A DNA stretch of 60,577 nucleotides, the filler included, from Dugesia japonica (Eukaryota), in the NCBI GenBank assembly GCA_001938525.1. It is 5 parts of 5 records of this genome, joined end to end, with 100 filler letters (N's around TTAATTAATTAA, not from the genome) between each part and the next. Parts side by side here need not be neighbours in the genome. Positions count along the whole stretch, not along the records: positions 49,326 to 60,577 come from MQRL01276848.1; 4 more parts are not named here. One strand, written 5' to 3'. The notes under the pieces were generated by a model. The model worked only from the letters and a program-made list of their open reading frames with translations. It was not told the DNA's origin and made no database searches. Of this stretch, positions 54,117-60,577 are shown piece after piece. Both the position numbers and the translations under genes were made by a program. The first letter of the stretch is position 1, and each line of letters starts with the position of its first letter.

Positions 54117-54370
54117 AGTAGATAGATAGTAGCAGTCCACGCCACGCACACATTCAGTAGTCCCCCCTCGCCGTGACGTAAGTAATGAAATTTAGTCCTA
54201 ATGTATTTAGTTGGGAATTTAAAAATTACATCATTAGGTAATAGTACTTAATTTGGTGTTACTTTTCCCCTGTGTATTTAGTTGGGAAAATCTTTTAGGC
54301 TTTTTAAGCGGTAATGTGGTGTTACTTTTTTCCTGTGTATTTAGTTTGGAATAAAACTAAATTTCGCGCC
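54117..54370 (+). repeat. Orphan Polinton terminus related to the 1974-4741 TIR (family A)
   Basis: AGTAGATAGATAGTAGCAGTCC, C-tract, then CCTAATGTATTTAGTTGGGAATTTAAAAAT and TTCCCCTGTGTATTTAGTTGGGAAAA as in the family A TIR. Confidence 0.8.
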
Positions 54371-56040
54371 GGATTCAATGATCAAATGCCCTTCATATCT
54401 TATAATTATATATAATTCGAACATAAAAATTAAAAAATTTAATTAAGGAAATAATGCTAATATAAAATCTATTTAGTATAATAGAAATTAGTGCAAAATT
54501 TTTAAAAAAACAATTAAAATGGAAAACACAAATGTGCACACACATTTAAAAATGCTGATCTTTAAAAAGAACTCCTTTCAAATCTAAGCTTCGAAAGAAT
54601 CTCCTAATATGTTGTTTAAATTGTTTCTTTCGTTGTTTTACTTTCTGAGTGACCATCTTTAACAAATGGCCTTTTTTCAATTATTTCCCACAATCACGAT
54701 TTCATGGTACTCAAAGATACATTCGTAAAATAATTACATTGCTATGTTAACTGTTACTGTAATTTGTAAATTTGAATTTTGTTAAATTTTCGTAGTTAAT
54801 TTAAATTAGTAAATTTTAATGTTATTTTAAGGTTATTAGTTAAATTCAAAATCTCACAACTCTCCATAAGTTTTTATTTATTATTACAAATTTTTTGAAT
54901 AAAGTAAAAATAGATGAAGAATAATCCATAGTATTCAAACAAATAATCTGAGAAATTTTTAATAAAATATTTTAAAAATTTAGATTTTAATTCTACAAAA
55001 TATTCATATTTTTAATCATTTTTCTACATAAGTTCTTTAAAATAATTTATACTTTTATAATTTTGCTTTATATAATATATACAAATTATCTAAATTAATT
55101 TGTATTTAAAAAATGTTTTATATTTTAACATTTTCTTAAGTACATTTTCTACAATAATATTTGAATGTAAATTTTAATATAATATATAAAAAAAATTAAA
55201 AAATTTCCCACATATTTAAAATCTATGAATCGTTCTTACAAAGGTTATTGTTTAAATTTGTTGTAAAATTTGGCAATTTTAAAATTTTGTATTGTATAAA
55301 TTGTGAATTCAGAAGTCGTTGTGAAACTAAAGATTCAACCAGGAACATTTATTATCAATATACTCATTGAATAAATTTTATTAATACAAAAGAAGTTAAT
55401 AATAAAATTAATATAACATTTTGTGTCTGCCAATTAAATTTATTACAAAGTAAGTGTAGAAAATATTAAATAAATGGTTAAGAACAATGTTCTATAAAGT
55501 ATTTAAAGTATTTTTAACAGGTTATTCCATATTTAATGGATAATTAATTCAATCAAGGGTCTCAAAATGAAACCACTTTGATAGCAATATTGTATTTTAT
55601 CCGAGGATTAGAATACTGTATATAAATAAATTAATATTTGAGAATATTGAATTAGATTATAAATTATATTTATATTTGATCTACTTAAGCAAGACGGTAA
55701 GGAAAAAAATAAACAATAATCAACTTAATTTTTAAAAAGTATTTTGAAAATTTTTTTTCAAAATTTGGAATAATATTTTTAGTTTTTTCGAAACCTTTTT
55801 TATTAAATTGATGTATAGACTGACCAAATAATTTTTTTCTATTTTATTTTAAATTATATTTGATAAAGAGTTCAATTAAAATTTCAAGTACTTAATACAA
55901 ATTAACTCATGAAATTCTTTTTTTTTAAAAGCAGACAAACGGTTTTTTCAAGTTATTAAATTTAAAAAGCTTTTTGTTATAAGTGATTTCTAAATTATAA
56001 ATAATAAATTGTAATTTAAAACTCTAATTATTTTCTAGTA

Positions 56041-56621
56041 TTTGGTTGTAACATAATTTTCCGCGATTTTATTGTTTTATTTTAAATTGTCGTTTGTTTA
56101 AGCTCACCATTTTTAATATTGAAAAATAACATTTATTTGAAATACCTTTTGTGTTCTGCAAAATCTTAGTAATTTTTTTACATGTTAAAAACTGTTATTT
56201 AGATCTTAGAGATTTTAGAAATGCAATTTCAAGTAGATAAAAATCAACATTTTAGATATCTACTTTTATTCGCTGTTAATCTACGTCTAATAGTTGCAGA
56301 AGTGGTCCGAGATATTTGTGCTGTGTATAAAGAAGGTCCAATGGACTGGAGTACAGCAAAAGATTAGTTCACCAAGTTACAAATTGACACAATCAACCTT
56401 CAAGATACTGGTCATTGAGATCGGCCATCCTAGTTCGATGAGGACCACTTGATTGTTCTATTTAATGATAATGCATTTAAACTTGTGATGAATTGGCCAA
56501 AAAGGTGAACCGTATTTCAATGACAAATATCATATTACTGCTTAACTTGTAAAACGAATTTTTCTAAATAAGTGTTTTAAATCATTATTAAAAAATCGAG
56601 GAAAAATATGTTACAACCCAA
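56041..56621 (+). mobile_element. Internally deleted mariner (581 bp) with TIRs and TA TSD
   Basis: TA|TTTGGTTGTAACATAATTTTCCGCGATTT ... AAATCGAGGAAAAATATGTTACAACCCAA|TA. Coding start at 56221: MQFQVDKNQHFRYLLLF..RDICAVY. Confidence 0.88.
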
Positions 56622-57479
56622 TATATACTTTATGAAATGCAAAATTAATGGTGAAATGTTAAACATTTTTAAATGTTTAAACATTTTAAATTCCCACCGA
56701 AGAAGTATCATAATGTTAATTTATTAATGTAACTTATAATATATAACTTTTTATATAAATTTCTTTTTAAATAAATTCGAGTTGCAGACCTAATTTTCCC
56801 TTGGAAAAAAATTCCTCAACTTAAAAACATTAATAATTTTAACCTAGTGTGTAGTCTAATATCTGAACAAAATCGTTCAGCTGATAACATTTTTTAAAAT
56901 TACATTTAAATAAAAACGTTGAACACGACGACTAGTGCTTTTATTACAGCTCCTTAAACTTCATAAGTGTATTTGTGAGAAATTCATAGTTTAAAATCTA
57001 TTATATAAATAACCTCATTTTTTGAACCTCATATATATATTAGTTGTATCAGGTTTTATGAATGTATTTAATTGGTTTATATGTGTTAGTTTTATTAAAT
57101 TTGATTGATTTTATGATTTAATTAATATTTAAGTATTATTTTAAGTGAAATGATTCAGGTTTAATAAATAAAATGGCTTAATGAATGTATTGATTTTAAA
57201 AGATGCATTAGGTTTAATTAGTATATTCAGTCGGTGTATTAAATGTATATGACTTATTAATAGTGTTATATTTGGAAAAATATTAATAATTTTAATAGTA
57301 AAAATTAAAAGTATTTCAATAATAATAATTTCAAAATGTTATTAAAATTACAGTACATTGATTTATTAAAAATTAAACAAAGCTTTGGGGTAAAAAGAAA
57401 ATCCGATAATTTATTTCTAATTAAGTTTTGGTTTTTTTTCTAAAATTCCTATTTAAAAAACAGAAAGGACTAATACAGT

Positions 57480-58072
57480 TTAATCGAGAGACACGGGAAA
57501 AGATCAAAACTTGTTGAATCGGATTCATTTTTATATTATCAGAAAAAATAATCTATGCACTCAATTAGCGTAAAACGTCAGCTTTATAATACATTAAATT
57601 GTCATGCCATTACTACAATCAATAAATACAGTAATTTATTAAATTTGAAAATGAATCAAAACCATGGACCTAAAAAACATGAATTGCAGTCCACCAATCC
57701 TTAGACATTTGTTGAAAAAACAATAAAAATAATTGATGACTTGTATCTGGATTGTGCAAGAATTTCTAACAACGAGGAAAAAAGATCCAAGTACACTCAA
57801 TTGTTCGCGAATACTTGAGGGAACAAGTTTCCAATGATTCGATAAGTTCGTTCCAATTCCTTCGGCAACTTTTAAGATTACCTGATTGCCCTCAAGATCT
57901 TGTTTCTCTAGAAGACAATGAAATGAACCAATTTCTTCAACATTTAAGTTATATCGAAGAATACGAAGATGTAGAATATGATTATGAACAATTTAATCTT
58001 GCTGAAAATAATTATAATTCTCAATTAATTATTTTTTGCTCAGTTTTACCGAAAATAATTCTGGTTATTTGA
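57480..58072 (+). pseudogene. Probable MULE transposase N-terminal remnant (FLYWCH-like)
   Basis: GKRSKLVESDSFLY..LYNTLNCHA..QNHGP, then LPDCPQDL..EQFNL..LIIFCS. Confidence 0.5.
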
Positions 58073-59189
58073 TGTATGTTTTAATATACTTGCTGGTAAA
58101 ATAAGACACATATGTGGACATGCGTGTTTTTACTTTAAATGCACTAAGCGTTTAGTCTATGAAGCCACACTAGCAATGGAAATATGCAAATGTCCATATG
58201 TTGACAAGAAAATTTTTCATTACAAATATTATATTTAAGAAAGATTATTAATGGTTGGCATGTTAAATACATTTTGATTTTCTGTGTTTTTCTTTTAACT
58301 TGAGCACTGTTAAATGCGTAATATGTCGAAGGAAAGTCATTATATTTTTTATTAAAAATTTTTAATGTAAGTTTTTTTAAATTTAAGTTTCGATGACTCA
58401 TCATTAGATAATGTACTCCAATGATCTTTAAATTGTTGTGGATATATCACTTTTGCTAATCCTTTGTTTAAGATGATTACTTAATTTTGTATTTGATTAG
58501 TTAAATTCTAAGTACAGTTGATTTTTTTAATAGTTTAAATTGATTAATTGACTTGTCAATTTTGGAAATTATTAATATGATTATTTACCTAGAATATGTA
58601 TTGATCAGATTTTATACAGAAATAAATAGAAATCTTTATTTAGATTTTTCTTAATTGATACAATATTATAATTGGTATAATATTGATATTATATATATAT
58701 GTGTGTGTATGTGTGTGTAAAGTTGATAAAATATTTAGTATACTTTTTAGACTAAAAATCAACATTGTTTCACTAATAACTCCATAAAAACAACAAAACT
58801 CACGAATAGCGAGAAAAACACCAAAATTACCAATATGATGCTAAAGTAGGCTTCTCTCATACCCCAATTTAACCATTACTATTAAAATTCAACATGTAAA
58901 AATCATTGTTACACTAAATTGACAAAACATAAAATTTTAACCCATAATATAAAAAGTTATTTTCCATCAGACTAAATTTGACAAGAGGAAATTATTTCCA
59001 GAGGGAAAATATTGCATCAACCCATAAATTCATTTAAATTCCTTGAAATTTAAAAAAATCTATAACAAGATTTTAAACTAATTTTTAATTTGATTTAAAA
59101 ATTAATTTTATTACAAATTTATTACACAGGAAAAGTTAAGTAACCGAAAGTTAAGATTTCAGCAACAAAACCCATATTTTTACTAATAA

Positions 59190-59620
59190 TAAAGTTTCCG
59201 TTAAAGTTTTGTTTTTCTTTGAAAACAGACATAAATGTTGATATTTTATAATTTTGGAATAATTCTCCTCTAAATTCGATCTTCTTTCAAAATGTTTGCA
59301 AGTGATATGCACTGTTTCCATTGACATTCTGGGAGTTGAGATTGCTTTAGGACTAACAGCTTTTCACCAGAATAAGTTATTTCATCATCAGCGAGCCAAG
59401 CTCAAATATCTCTAATGACTTTAATGTGTCTTGGAGTCCTTGTGGTGTTTGCACGTCTTTTTCTTGGACGGTAATTGGTTGTACCTCTTTACAGGAATCG
59501 ATTGATTGTTCAATATATTATAACCCTTGTCACACCAACGTCTTTTAGAGATCTAAAAATGACTTCCCGCAACATCTCATTTTGACATATTTTTAATATA
59601 ATTTCGCTATACTCTTTCAT
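59190..59620 (-). pseudogene. Tc1/mariner (DD37D/maT-like) transposase remnant
   Basis: MKEYSEIILK..IFRSLKDVGVTRVIIY*TINRFL*RGTTNYRPRKRRANTTRTPRHIKVIR, then ITYSGEKLL (degenerate FSDEK). Confidence 0.65.
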
Positions 59621-60453
59621 ATTAAAAAGTTTAATAAAAACTAAATCTATTTGAAAATTTTTTTTATTGATGATTATTAGGAGTTTAAAAATAAACTCCT
59701 ATCTGTAATTTTCAAAAATCATCATTTTTAATAATTTTAAAATTGATTATTATAGCCAGTAAAGTTTTCAACATTAAAATAATTTAGCCTTGAAAATCTT
59801 TATTTAAATATTCTGAAGAAGAATATTAATTTTTATTGCAAAATAAATTTTGAAGTTATTGAAATTATTTTATGGATATTGAAACTGAACCCAATAACTT
59901 AGCGACAGCTAACAATGATAACATGCAAACAAAAATCCTTTTAACTATTTTTGGATAATTAATAGTTCGGAAAAATAACAGTAAATAGATAACACAAAGT
60001 TGTATAAGAACTTTCCTATCACGGTGTAAAAAATTATTTTTGTACCCCCAAATCCAATGCTCAAAATTTGCTGCATTAATCTGTAAAATTTAATTAACAC
60101 TAATTTATTTAAATCTAATAATAATATGCTTTTCAGTCTTATTTGAGCCATTCATAAGCTAAATTGATTACATCGATTTTTTTGGTATTTTAGTGTCAAA
60201 CTACTTGGTATTCGCCTTGTTAGGCTGAAATATAAAATTAATCTGACTCATATTTATTAAAATAATAAACAATAAAACTGTCCCTCTTCTGATTCATCGA
60301 TATATATTTATTAAATCTTGACCTATGATGTAATATAGGTTAAAATTTTGAAATAATAATAATCGATCTCGATTATTACATAAGATTGAACTGTAATTAT
60401 AGAAGATTTTAAGTCTAGGAATCATACAGCACAAATATAAAGTAAATACTATA

Positions 60454-60540
60454 TACATTCAAACCTCGATATAACGATATCCTTAGAGATTTTCGAAAAT
60501 TGTCGTTATATTGAGGGTGTCGGTATATCAAGGATATTCT
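60454..60540 (+). mobile_element. pogo/Tigger-like terminal repeat
   Basis: TACATTCAAACCTCGATATAACGA with an internal inverse TCGTTATATTGAGG. Confidence 0.5.
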
Positions 60541-60577
60541 TTTAGCACATCTTACTTAACTAAGTTCCCTAATAAAC

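Noticed and set aside
58080-58430. Degenerate RING-like gene on the minus strand
   Set aside because: The Cys/His pattern needs several frameshifts and substitutions, so it is not supportable.

Overview
Very AT-rich eukaryotic DNA, probably from an invertebrate with short introns (about 38-48 nt). I cannot identify the organism. The window is not contiguous: four artificial 100-bp spacers (N44-TTAATTAATTAA-N44) join five pieces at 1-20654, 20755-31493, 31594-40637, 40738-49225 and 49326-60577. Host genes are few: the 3' exons of a receptor-type guanylyl cyclase and a FYVE-finger (Phafin/PLEKHF-like) gene. The rest is mostly decayed mobile DNA dominated by Polinton/Maverick elements. These include about 10 AGTAG-NN-AGATAG termini, a 2.77-kb non-autonomous copy with a 6-bp TSD, and two divergent pPolB remnants. 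There is also a 10.6-kb decayed element with packaging ATPase, a QxGG-type small virion protein, rve integrase-chromo, minor and major capsid, and pPolB. The most notable observation is that this element carries a divergent two-repeat TATA-binding-protein-like gene, hidden in the ORF track by a 56-bp duplication, plus accessory genes with host-sized introns. Also present are two Penelope-like elements (one inside (AAT)n and carrying a minimal hammerhead ribozyme), several Tc1/mariner fossils, a MULE fragment, a 3.4-kb TG..CA element and a second virus-like end with tightly packed ORFs. All family assignments come from manual motif recognition; no searches were run.
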